A stretch of 32,000 nucleotides of DNA, taken from Vulcanisaeta distributa DSM 14429 (lineage in GTDB: Archaea; Thermoproteota; Thermoprotei; Thermoproteales; Thermocladiaceae). Location of the stretch: the NCBI RefSeq assembly GCF_000148385.1, contig NC_014537.1, forward strand, positions 2,250,001 through 2,282,000, written 5' to 3'. Below are positions 23,990 to 32,000 of the stretch, piece by piece. The notes below the pieces were generated by a model. The model was not told where the DNA came from. It searched no databases and worked only from the letters and a program-made list of their open reading frames with translations. Each line of letters begins with the position of its first letter. Position 1 is the first letter of the stretch. A program made the position numbers and the translations under genes.

Positions 23990-24180
23990 ACCTGGTTGAA
24001 AGACCGTAATTAATCCAGGATTTAAATCTTGGGTGTCTTCCCAATGGGTTTACCGAGGTTTCTCTATTCTATTCCATCATTTCTATCTCTTCTCAATAAT
24101 TATGCGAATAAATTCAACAAAGTAAATTATAATTTCTCAACAAAGCTTTTATGCTTCATGTGTAGAAAGAGAATACTATA

Positions 24181-24537
24181 ATGATCAATAAGGCAGACCT
24201 ACTAATCACAGCAACGCTGGCAAACCTACTTGACTTGGCAACGAGTTACCTAGACTTCTCACTGCTTGGGCTACAGGAGCTTAACTACTACGCAACAACC
24301 CTACACCTAAACAACTACCTAGCCGCGGCAGCGGCCTTCATGACCTACGAGGCACTCATGGCAATAATATACCTGGCGACACCCAGGTACCCAAGGCTCA
24401 GGTGGTTTATGGCAGTGTTCATAGTCATGAAGTTCATGGCCGTGGCCGGCAACATAGCAGCGTCAATGGGCGTGTACAGCATAAACAACGCAATCATAGG
24501 AATGAACCAATCACTAACCAATGCCCTTAAATACTAG
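24181..24537 (+). CDS. hypothetical small membrane protein
   Basis: 118-aa ORF with about 3 hydrophobic segments. No motif recognised. Confidence 0.4.
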   Translation: MINKADLLITATLANLLDLATSYLDFSLLGLQELNYYATTLHLNNYLAAAAAFMTYEALMAIIYLATPRYPRLRWFMAVFIVMKFMAVAGNIAASMGVYSINNAIIGMNQSLTNALKY

Positions 24538-24702
24538 CCAAGAAAGACAAGGTATGGGAAGCAGAAACTAAGCCATACAATGAATGATAGAAAGAAGAAC
24601 CAGAAACATAACCCATAAACACGCAACATTAGTTGCCCACGCTTCTACCCCAGTAGAAAGAGTTCTTACAAAATAGAAAGTACCAAAAACCACGCCTGCG
24701 AG

Positions 24703-24713
24703 CATTTATTAAG
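24703..24713 (+). promoter_or_regulatory. TATA-like box of the pilin-like gene
   Basis: CATTTATTAAG centred about 29 nt upstream of ATG 24737. Confidence 0.4.
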
Positions 24714-24736
24714 TAGTTGAAAGACCAACAACACGT

Positions 24737-25264
24737 ATGGCAACAAAAATGAATAGAAAGGGTATATCCAACGTAGTGGCAACAATAATACTCATAGCCG
24801 TGGCAATAGCACTGGCAGTGGCAGTCGCCGTATGGGTCTTCGGCCTAGCAGGCTCAGCAAGCAAAACAGCATCACTTCAAATACAGGCACTGGGCTTAAG
24901 TGGTGTCGGTAACGGTAATAACACCTCTCCATACCTAGTAATCTTAGTCAGCAATCCATCAAGCAGTGGCGTTGGTATTAACGGTTTCACACTAGGAAGC
25001 TTAAGCTGTGTGTTTACTCAGCCAATTTCAATAGCCGCCGGAACACAGGGAGGAAACCTAACGATAGTACTACAGACATCTAATGGCTACTTCGCAACGG
25101 GATCAAACGCTATAACTGTAAGTTACAAGTATAACGGTAATACAGAATCAACAAGTGGAAGCTGTAGCGGACAGCAGGCTGCCCAGGTTGGTATACAATA
25201 CAGTGGCTATATAACGACCGTTAGCGGGCAAACATACCCATTCTCAGTAACGGCAACCTCATAA
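24737..25264 (+). CDS. archaeal type IV pilin-like protein with a class III signal peptide
   Basis: N-terminus MATKMNRKG/ISNVVATIILIAVAIALAVAV is the PibD/FlaK-type cleavage motif plus hydrophobic helix. The rest is S/T/G/N-rich. Confidence 0.75.
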   Translation: MATKMNRKGISNVVATIILIAVAIALAVAVAVWVFGLAGSASKTASLQIQALGLSGVGNGNNTSPYLVILVSNPSSSGVGINGFTLGSLSCVFTQPISIAAGTQGGNLTIVLQTSNGYFATGSNAITVSYKYNGNTESTSGSCSGQQAAQVGIQYSGYITTVSGQTYPFSVTATS

Positions 25265-25303
25265 TACGGTTAATGCCTTAAATCGTTTCGTTAAAAAATT
25301 CAA

Positions 25304-25317
25304 TTCTTTTTGTTTTT
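25304..25317 (+). terminator. oligo-T terminator candidate after the pilin-like gene
   Basis: TTCTTTTTGTTTTT, two T5 runs 40-55 nt after the stop codon. Confidence 0.4.
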
Positions 25318-25363
25318 ATCTACAAAACTTATACGGTTGCTATCATCTTATTACGCATTGTAG

Positions 25364-26371
25364 TTATTTACTGAACCAGGGTTCTTTGCCGAACCAGGGT
25401 GTCTCTACCTCGTCTAATCTCCATCTTTGTTTTGTTACTGCCTCGGTTGGGTCTATGGTGATTCCGCTTTTGTAGGCGAGTAGCCCTGTTAGTGCTATCA
25501 TTCCTCCGTTGTCTCCCGCGTACTCTGGTGGTACTATGCCCAGTTTTGCGTTGAATTCATTGGCTATCCACTCCATTATTGACCTGAGCCTCCTACTCCT
25601 CGCCACGCCACCAGCCAGTAGCAGTTCCCTCTTGCCCGTCAACGCGAGTCCCCTCTCGACCACTTCACCGAGCATTGAGTATGCCGTTTCAACAAGGCTT
25701 AGGCATACGTCAGGTAACGCGACGCCCCTCCTAACGAGCCTTAGGGCCTCCTCGACTAATCCAGAGAAAGATACGTCCTGCCCCTTCACTGTGTATGGCA
25801 GCGGTATGTATTTACTACCCTTCTCCGCACACTCCTCCAGGTGCGGCACGCCTGGGTTTGGCAACCCAACACTCCTCGCGAAGTAGTCTAGGGCATTGCC
25901 GACGGCCATGTCTATGGTCTCGCCGAAGACCCCGTAGGACCTACCGGAGTGGGCTATAACCATAGTGTGGCCTCCAGACACGAGTAGGACTAGTGGGTCC
26001 CTGAACCTTACGGACCACCTAGCAACCTCGACATGCGCCACACCGTGGTGCACAGGCACCAGCGGCTTGCCGAACTTAATGGCTATTGCCCTCGCCAGGG
26101 TGGCGCCGACCCTCAGGGCTGGACCAAGGCCTGGGCCCATGGAGAAGGCCACTGCGTCTATATCCCTAATGCCTATACCCAACCTCCTTAGTGCCTCGTT
26201 GAGTATTCTTGGGCCTACTGTCACGTGGTGGTCCGCGGCAACCCTTGGGTGTATGCCCACGCCCTGTGGTGGTGTGTACGTGTCGTTGATGTTCACGAGT
26301 ATCCCATCCTCACTGGCTATCCCAACGCCGAAGGTGTGCGCCGTGGATTCGATGCCCAGTACGAGCGTCAT
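25364..26371 (-). CDS. kae1: Kae1, tRNA N6-adenosine threonylcarbamoyltransferase (KEOPS catalytic subunit)
   Basis: 335 aa. N-terminus LVLGIESTAHTFGVGI, VHHGVAHVE metal-binding His pair, ASKHA-fold pattern throughout. Not fused to Bud32. Confidence 0.9.
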   Translation of the reverse strand: MTLVLGIESTAHTFGVGIASEDGILVNINDTYTPPQGVGIHPRVAADHHVTVGPRILNEALRRLGIGIRDIDAVAFSMGPGLGPALRVGATLARAIAIKFGKPLVPVHHGVAHVEVARWSVRFRDPLVLLVSGGHTMVIAHSGRSYGVFGETIDMAVGNALDYFARSVGLPNPGVPHLEECAEKGSKYIPLPYTVKGQDVSFSGLVEEALRLVRRGVALPDVCLSLVETAYSMLGEVVERGLALTGKRELLLAGGVARSRRLRSIMEWIANEFNAKLGIVPPEYAGDNGGMIALTGLLAYKSGITIDPTEAVTKQRWRLDEVETPWFGKEPWFSK

Positions 26372-26739
26372 CAGTACACACCCTCCATTATTGAGTCAAC
26401 GACGTCATCCAGCTCACCATCACTCAATCCGCCGTACTTACTGACTACGTAATTAATTGTGGACTTCACGGAATTCTCGAGCCAGCCACACCCTGGGTCA
26501 TAATCATTGTCGATGGGTATTACGAAGTCACCCATTGTCTTGACAACGCCCGACTTCACCAGTCTCTCAATGACGCTTATGAATTCCGGGCTCGTTAGGA
26601 CCAGGTCAATTCTATCCCAGTTAAATGCCTCAAAGCCTCCCAACCTATCTACCAGGAACACTATCTTGGCAAGTCTATCTAGGCTTACCCTGCCAAGTCT
26701 CCTGAGGGCATCAACGACTATGCACTCGATTAAGCCCAT
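26371..26739 (-). CDS. hypothetical protein translationally coupled to kae1 (wHTH-like N-terminus suspected)
   Basis: 122-aa ORF whose stop overlaps the kae1 start (TGATG). I recognised no family. Confidence 0.5.
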   Translation of the reverse strand: MGLIECIVVDALRRLGRVSLDRLAKIVFLVDRLGGFEAFNWDRIDLVLTSPEFISVIERLVKSGVVKTMGDFVIPIDNDYDPGCGWLENSVKSTINYVVSKYGGLSDGELDDVVDSIMEGVY

Positions 26740-26843
26740 GCCCCTTGCAGCAGTGCTAGTCCCCTTTATTGGGTAATTAAACTTACTACCTACGCGCGGC
26801 AGGTGGGCAATGCTTAAATCCTGGGTTTAGCCGTGTATGGCAT

Positions 26844-27410
26844 ATGGTCAGTCCTGACCTACTAAGGGAAATACTAAAACCGAGCAATTCCGTCCTCGTG
26901 GTTTGGGACGTGCATAGGGCGTTGTTTAATGGTATATTCAATAAGGATGAGTTTCAAAGGGCTTTGAACACGGCAATAAACGCCGCCAGGAGGGTCAATG
27001 TGCCGATAATATTCACGAAGATAACCCCATTCCCAAGTGGTTTCGAGCCCGTAACCGCGAAGATAATGCAGTGGAGAAGGGGCTTCGGGCCTGAGGAGAT
27101 GGAGTTGATAGTTCAGCCACAGCCCAATGACATAGTCATAAACAAGAACACATGGTCACTCTTCGTTGGGACAAACGTGGAGTTACTACTCAGGAACTCG
27201 GGTAGGTACACGGTCGTTTTCACGGGTATTGCCACGGACATAGGCGTGGAGACCAGCGCGAGACATGCCTATGCACTAGGCTTCATACCGGTGATAATCT
27301 CTGACGCGGTATCCTCATACGACAGGGAGGCCCACGAGAGGTCGCTGGCGAACATGAGGAGGTTCTTCCCGGTAATAACAGCTGATGAGTTAGCTAGGTA
27401 CTGGTCGTGA
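26844..27410 (+). CDS. isochorismatase-family hydrolase (Gly at the usual nucleophilic Cys position)
   Basis: 188 aa. VLVVWDVH (Asp), IIFTKITP (Lys), [22 protein letters not shown], where the family consensus has C at the G. Confidence 0.78.
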   Translation: MVSPDLLREILKPSNSVLVVWDVHRALFNGIFNKDEFQRALNTAINAARRVNVPIIFTKITPFPSGFEPVTAKIMQWRRGFGPEEMELIVQPQPNDIVINKNTWSLFVGTNVELLLRNSGRYTVVFTGIATDIGVETSARHAYALGFIPVIISDAVSSYDREAHERSLANMRRFFPVITADELARYWS

Positions 27411-27504
27411 GTTCCACATTCACCGGCTATTTCAAATTGGCTTCTCCTTTTATTTAGCTATTACCATGGCAAAGATTTATAAGTTCCAGAATTGAAAAAT
27501 AAAC

Positions 27505-28059
27505 GTGGAACAGAAAGAAACCCACAGTGTAGCTCAGGGTAATGGGCAGGGAATTGACGAGGCAAGGAGGCACTACTCACGTGGTATCGCCCTTATAAGG
27601 CTGGGTCGATTCGAGGAGGCACTGCCCGAGATTGAGAGGGCATTGGAGTTGGATCCAGGTAATGAGAGGTATAGGCTGACTAAGTTAGCCGTATTAATTG
27701 GGCTTGAGAGGTTTGAGGAGGCTGAGAATGAGTTGAGGGCCTTATACATTGGTCGACAGCAAGGCCCGTTGGTGGTTGGTTCGAATTCTAATAACGGCGT
27801 TGGGTTTAATGGAAGTAGGGATAGCGTAAAGCCCATGATTGGTAGAATTAATGTCAAGGAGTTAAGTGCCCTACTAATGAGGATGTTGCGTAAAGCCCGG
27901 GCTCTATTGATTAGGGTGGGTATTGTAATGGGGAGGTTGCTTGATCATCTTATGGCCAAGGCGCGGCTATACCTGGGCGTGGTTAGGGCTCGGTTGGCTA
28001 AGGCCATTAACTGCGTTAATGGTAATACACCCAACTCCTGCAATGGTAATAGCAACTGA
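27505..28059 (+). CDS. TPR-repeat protein
   Basis: The GTG start lies 26 nt after TATA TTTATAAG (27476-27483). YSRGIALIRLGRFEEALPEIERALELDPGN is a canonical TPR unit. The C-terminal half is unassigned. Confidence 0.55.
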   Translation: MEQKETHSVAQGNGQGIDEARRHYSRGIALIRLGRFEEALPEIERALELDPGNERYRLTKLAVLIGLERFEEAENELRALYIGRQQGPLVVGSNSNNGVGFNGSRDSVKPMIGRINVKELSALLMRMLRKARALLIRVGIVMGRLLDHLMAKARLYLGVVRARLAKAINCVNGNTPNSCNGNSN

Positions 28060-28096
28060 GTTTTTACCGCGGTACGGCCCGCCGACAATGAGCGAC

Positions 28097-29455
28097 CTAT
28101 CTACGCATTACCTCACTCAGTAAATTCCTGAACTCCTCCATCAAAACCCTCGCGTGGTCCCTCGTATGTATCATCGATGGCAGTAGGTGTGCCGTATGCT
28201 CGGTCATGTACAATATCCCCTTAACCCTCATAAACAGGTGGGTTAGGCTATACAGATTCTCGTCAATTCTATCTGCATAGGCCATCCTAGCGTTCATCGG
28301 CCTACTTCTGGTGAAATGTATGCCGAGCATGCCGCCAACGCCTGTTGCCCAGCAGATCCTGCCGTACTCCTCGCACGCCCTGTCGATCTCCCCACGTACC
28401 CAATTCCAAAGGTCGTTGAAACTCTCATAGAGTGGCTTGTGCTGGCTCAAGTAGTTTATCAGTGTGTAGCCCGCGGTGAGTGTTATCCTGTTGCCCGTGA
28501 ATGTGCCTCCGTGGAAGCTCCTGGCCCTCGCGTTTGGCCTCTTGACTTGGTTGAGTAGTTCCATTATTTCCGTCCTTGAGGCAATGGCTCCAGCCCCTGG
28601 GTAACCACCACCGACTATCTTCCCAAGCGTCACTATGTCAGCCTTAACATTGAACAATTCCTGACCGCCACCAAGGGCTAGCCTAAAGCCCGTGATTACC
28701 TCATCAAATATGAGCAATGCGCCGTACCTATCCACCAACTCCCTAACACCCTTCAGGTAACCTGGCTGGGGCTCTATGCAACCGCCAGAGCCCAGCACGG
28801 GCTCCACGATAACCGCAGCAACGTCAAAGTTCCTTAGGGCGTTCTCTAGGGCGTTTAGGTCGTTAAATGGAACCACGAGGGTATACTTAATGTGCTCAGG
28901 GGGCAACCCAAGACTCTCTGGACCTTCAAACGGTGGGCTGACACCGACGTGCAAGCCGTCATAGCCACCGTGCCAGCCACCCTCCATCTTGATCACGTAC
29001 CTACGCCCCGTGTATGCCCTAGCTAATCTAACGGCGTACATGTTAGCCTCGGTACCGCTATTCGAGAACCTAACCATCTCTACGTTGGGTATGACCTTTG
29101 CCAGTAATTCCGCGTACTCAACCTCTAGGGTGTTTGGGTAGCCCAGGTGGGTTCCCTCATATGCTGCCTCATTAACTGCCTTAACCACGAAATCTGGTGA
29201 GTGACCGAGTATGTGGGTTCCGTGACCCATCCAGTAATCAACGTACTCATTACCATCAACATCCCAAACCTTAACACCGCTGGCCCTCGTTATGTATATT
29301 GGGTATGGTGCGAAGTACCTAATTTGGTATGTCGTACCTCCAGGGAGCACCCTCCTAGCTCTCTCGAATAGCTCCCTTGACTTACCCGTCCTCTCCGCAT
29401 AAATTTTAGTATATTTATCAATCAATTCCTGAATCCTACCACCAAGATCGCTCAT
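28097..29455 (-). CDS. class-III PLP aminotransferase, glutamate-1-semialdehyde 2,1-aminomutase (HemL)-like
   Basis: 452 aa. DEVITGFR, PLP-lysine motif TLGKIVGGGYP, GGTFTGN. Confidence 0.82.
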   Translation of the reverse strand: MSDLGGRIQELIDKYTKIYAERTGKSRELFERARRVLPGGTTYQIRYFAPYPIYITRASGVKVWDVDGNEYVDYWMGHGTHILGHSPDFVVKAVNEAAYEGTHLGYPNTLEVEYAELLAKVIPNVEMVRFSNSGTEANMYAVRLARAYTGRRYVIKMEGGWHGGYDGLHVGVSPPFEGPESLGLPPEHIKYTLVVPFNDLNALENALRNFDVAAVIVEPVLGSGGCIEPQPGYLKGVRELVDRYGALLIFDEVITGFRLALGGGQELFNVKADIVTLGKIVGGGYPGAGAIASRTEIMELLNQVKRPNARARSFHGGTFTGNRITLTAGYTLINYLSQHKPLYESFNDLWNWVRGEIDRACEEYGRICWATGVGGMLGIHFTRSRPMNARMAYADRIDENLYSLTHLFMRVKGILYMTEHTAHLLPSMIHTRDHARVLMEEFRNLLSEVMRR

Positions 29456-29491
29456 TAACTTTATCCGTAATTGCTAAGTTATTAAGTATTG

Positions 29492-29896
29492 TTATGGTAA
29501 TTTTGTTAGGAAACCATGGATGGTGATCAAGTGAAGTAATGTGTCAATGAGTCTAGTTGATTTATAACCACATTTCACGCATACGAAGTACCTCCTTTTG
29601 TGAAATGAGTTCCTTGAGTATGGCTCGACCCTAACAACGAGCCACTGCCCATACTCCTTAGTCCTAATAATATGCTCATTAAAGCCGCTAAAGTGCTGGA
29701 TAAAACCGAGCCTAACCTGGTCAGTATGGGGTGTCACGTATAGTTTAAACTCCTTACCAGTGAATGGACATTTAACAACGCCACTGAGGAAGGTCCTCTT
29801 ATTGCTCTTGGCAACATAAACCACTAGGTCTACGTACTTACCCTTAATCTCGGTACTCCTCCTAAGGCCCAGGATCTCCACCTGCTCGCTTGTCAC
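29492..29896 (-). CDS. hypothetical protein with a C-terminal C2H2-type zinc finger
   Basis: 134 aa, GTG start. FVCVKCGYKSTRLIDTLLHLITIH matches C-x2-C-x12-H-x4-H. Confidence 0.5.
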   Translation of the reverse strand: MTSEQVEILGLRRSTEIKGKYVDLVVYVAKSNKRTFLSGVVKCPFTGKEFKLYVTPHTDQVRLGFIQHFSGFNEHIIRTKEYGQWLVVRVEPYSRNSFHKRRYFVCVKCGYKSTRLIDTLLHLITIHGFLTKLP

Positions 29897-29944
29897 GATC
29901 TCATACCCATTAAAGTAGGGCTTTAAGCATTACTTTACGGGGAA

Positions 29945-30670
29945 TCACTGAATCACTCCATACCTCCTCATCACATCCAGTATTTCATTAACGTACTTAA
30001 TAACGTGATCCTTGACCCTGGGCATCAGGTTAATGAATGGACTGCCCAGCCTATCAATATCTCTGGCTTGGGATAATATTATTAGGGACGATGTAGACCT
30101 AATATCGACCTTGACGACCACGTCTTCACCAACCCTAACCCTGACGATCCCCGTTACCTTACCCTCGGTATAGGTTATGACCTCAATAACACCACCATCT
30201 ATAGGTTCTGCTACCAGGTTAAGTGTTACGTTATTACCACTGTGTGTTACGTAAATCCTATCACTACCTGCAAGGCTGATACTTACCTTACCAAGTCTCG
30301 TGGAGTCGAGAACCCTCCTCCAACCATCACCAACGAGCTTGAGGTATTCATCATGGTTATTGAGTCTTTTCATTAGGTACTGAATTGGATCCCCACTCTC
30401 AACGTTCTTTACATTAATATTAACGTTAACCTCACGCCCAATACTAATAATAAGTTCGTCAAGTTTATCGAGTAGTTCATTGAAATAATCCTTGTTATTA
30501 CTAATTACCTGCCTAGCCTCATCGCTATTTATCTCCAGTAATCTCTCCTCATAGCTACCATCCGGCCCAATGCCTATTATGAAGACGTACTTATCACTTA
30601 TCGAGACCTTGGCATTACTCAATAATCTACCTCCAACATTAACCGAGCCAAGTGGTGCCAGGAATTCCAT
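29945..30670 (-). CDS. hypothetical protein
   Basis: 241-aa ORF with an ATG start. No motif recognised. Confidence 0.5.
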   Translation of the reverse strand: MEFLAPLGSVNVGGRLLSNAKVSISDKYVFIIGIGPDGSYEERLLEINSDEARQVISNNKDYFNELLDKLDELIISIGREVNVNINVKNVESGDPIQYLMKRLNNHDEYLKLVGDGWRRVLDSTRLGKVSISLAGSDRIYVTHSGNNVTLNLVAEPIDGGVIEVITYTEGKVTGIVRVRVGEDVVVKVDIRSTSSLIILSQARDIDRLGSPFINLMPRVKDHVIKYVNEILDVMRRYGVIQ

Positions 30671-30697
30671 TTTTATTATTACATGGTTTATTTAATC

Positions 30698-30705
30698 CTT
30701 ATAAG
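30698..30705. promoter_or_regulatory. palindromic TATA element shared by divergent genes
   Basis: CTTATAAG is self-complementary. Its centre is 28.5 nt from ATG 30730 (+) and 31.5 nt from ATG 30670 (-). Confidence 0.4.
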
Positions 30706-30729
30706 CACTTGGGCGATGCATATGCCCGT

Positions 30730-31491
30730 ATGGGTGAGTTCAGCAATAAGGTGGTGCTAGTTACGGGTGGTACCCGTGGTATTGGTAGGGCGATTGCTGA
30801 GGCATTCCTGAGGGAGGGCGCTAAAGTCGCCGTGACCTACGCCAGAAGTGATGATAAGGCCAGGGAGCTTGAGAAGATGGGTATATTGGCTATTAAGTGC
30901 GATGTTGCGAATAGGGATGAGGTTAGGAGGGTTGCGGAAATAGTTGGGAGCAGGCTTGGCGATGTTAGTGTACTCGTTAATAACGCTGGTGTGATGTATT
31001 TAATGCCGTTTGAGTCATATAATGAGGAGTTATTTGATAGGATGATAGGCGTTAACCTTAAGGGTATAATCTATACAACCCTTGAATTCCTACCGCAGTT
31101 AAAGAGGACGAGAGGTGCCATAATCAATATAGCTTCAAATGCGGGTATAGGTACGGCATTCGAAGGCACTACCTACTACGCAATAACGAAGGCTGCCGTG
31201 ATAATACTCACGAAGCGCATGGCCTTTGAACTTGGGAAATACGGCATTAGAGTCAATGCGGTCGCGCCTGGTTGGGTCGAGACAGACATGACCACCGCCA
31301 ATAGGACTCCTGAGGAGATTGAGAAAACAAAGGCTCTAGTTAGGTCAAGGACCATGCTAAATACTACTGGCGTGCCTGAGGACATAGCCAACGTGGTACT
31401 TTTCCTAGCCAGTGAGAGGGCTAGGTACATAACTGGGCAAACCATTGTGGCTGATGGTGGTAGGATCGACTATTTAACCCACGGTATTTAA
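30730..31491 (+). CDS. short-chain dehydrogenase/reductase (FabG-like 3-oxoacyl reductase family)
   Basis: VTGGTRGIGRAIA (TGxxxGxG), NNAG, YYAITKAAV (YxxxK). The track start GTG 30652 overlaps the divergent gene, so ATG 30730 is preferred. Confidence 0.85.
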   Translation: MGEFSNKVVLVTGGTRGIGRAIAEAFLREGAKVAVTYARSDDKARELEKMGILAIKCDVANRDEVRRVAEIVGSRLGDVSVLVNNAGVMYLMPFESYNEELFDRMIGVNLKGIIYTTLEFLPQLKRTRGAIINIASNAGIGTAFEGTTYYAITKAAVIILTKRMAFELGKYGIRVNAVAPGWVETDMTTANRTPEEIEKTKALVRSRTMLNTTGVPEDIANVVLFLASERARYITGQTIVADGGRIDYLTHGI

Positions 31492-31540
31492 CAAACCTCA
31501 CTACTTAATAATCCCAAGCCATTCATTATTATTTAAATCA

Positions 31541-32000
31541 ATGATGAGCCTTTCACCCACTCAGTACTACGTGTTGGCTGTACTCGCATTAGCGATAGTA
31601 TTATTGTTAATACGTGCCATTAGGTATGATGTAGTTGGTTTACTCGTAATGGTACTACTAATTGTTGGTGGTGTAATTAGCCCTGAGAAGGCCTTGGCAT
31701 TCATTGGTTCGGCCACGGTCGTGGTGCTTGGTAGCGTCATGGTGATTAGTAAGGTTCTCGAGGAGTCGGGCTTTCTCGATAGGTTAGCTGAGGAGTTAGA
31801 TAGGGTATTTAGGAATGAGTATGTGCTCCTGCTCATTGTAATGCTAATAGTTTCGTTATTATCGGGATTCATGAGTGACGTGGCCCTGGTCTCCATTTTC
31901 ATACCGTTCATGTACGCAGTGTCGAGGAACCACAATAAGAAATTATCCAAGTACCTACTCCCCCTCTCCTATGCAGCTATTGTTGGTGGTAGGTATACAA
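31541..32000 (+). CDS. partial (5' end) anion/dicarboxylate permease, SLC13 / ArsB-NhaD superfamily-like
   Basis: My own translation from ATG 31541 runs without a stop to the window end: MMSLSPTQYYVLAVLALAIVLLLIRAIRYDVVGLLVMVLLIVGGVISPEKALAFIGSATVVVLGSVMVISKVLEESGFLDRLAEEL... It is missing from the ORF track because it is truncated. Confidence 0.55.
   Translation, partial: MMSLSPTQYYVLAVLALAIVLLLIRAIRYDVVGLLVMVLLIVGGVISPEKALAFIGSATVVVLGSVMVISKVLEESGFLDRLAEELDRVFRNEYVLLLIVMLIVSLLSGFMSDVALVSIFIPFMYAVSRNHNKKLSKYLLPLSYAAIVGGRYT

Noticed and set aside
27464-27473. CCATGGCAAA match to the core of the 54-bp repeat
   Set aside because: The identity is only 10 nt and is lost immediately afterwards. 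That is expected by chance in 32 kb.
31567-31950. 127-aa ORF on the minus strand
   Set aside because: The plus strand encodes a convincing permease N-terminus from ATG 31541 that is open to the window end. The minus-strand ORF is its shadow.

Overview
Archaeal chromosomal segment. I infer a hyperthermophilic crenarchaeon of the Thermoproteales type from these signs: archaea-specific r-proteins L7Ae/S28e/L32e, Kae1, an Sm protein, a class-III-signal pilin, a tRNA with two introns, a stand-alone 5S rRNA, and AT-rich spacers with TATA-like boxes centred about 26-31 nt upstream of start codons (mostly leaderless genes). I can support about 41 protein genes, 3 tRNAs (Pro-GGG with two introns, His-GUG, Arg-CCG), one 5S rRNA, one good C/D box sRNA candidate and one weak one. 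Most of the window is housekeeping or metabolic: Fe-S oxidoreductase, scattered r-protein genes, S9 peptidase, acyl-CoA synthetase, GH38 mannosidase, UbiA prenyltransferase, MDR oxidoreductase, Kae1, isochorismatase-like hydrolase, class-III aminotransferase, SDR. The stretch 11.4-16.8 kb looks accessory: a PIN-like nuclease, a COG1373/DUF4143-type AAA ATPase plus hotdog thioesterase, a second archaeal P-loop ATPase, an active plus degenerate nucleotidyltransferase-like pair, and a Zn-ribbon protein. Long perfect palindromes sit upstream of three of these units. Main observations: (1) a perfect 54-bp inverted repeat (74 bp if the transition-decayed flanks are counted) brackets a 2.9-kb four-gene cassette at 13861-16842, and each copy is followed by a near-identical promoter module; (2) an extreme promoter-proximal G+T skew on the sense strand decays along genes; (3) three r-proteins carry low-complexity charged tails and sit in fragmented operons; (4) RNA-level oddities: a two-intron tRNA-Pro, a tRNA-His without an encoded G-1, and a promoter-equipped C/D sRNA upstream of rps8. 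I recognised no CRISPR array, transposase, integrase or named defence system. All functional calls rest on motifs read by eye from the translations, not on database searches.
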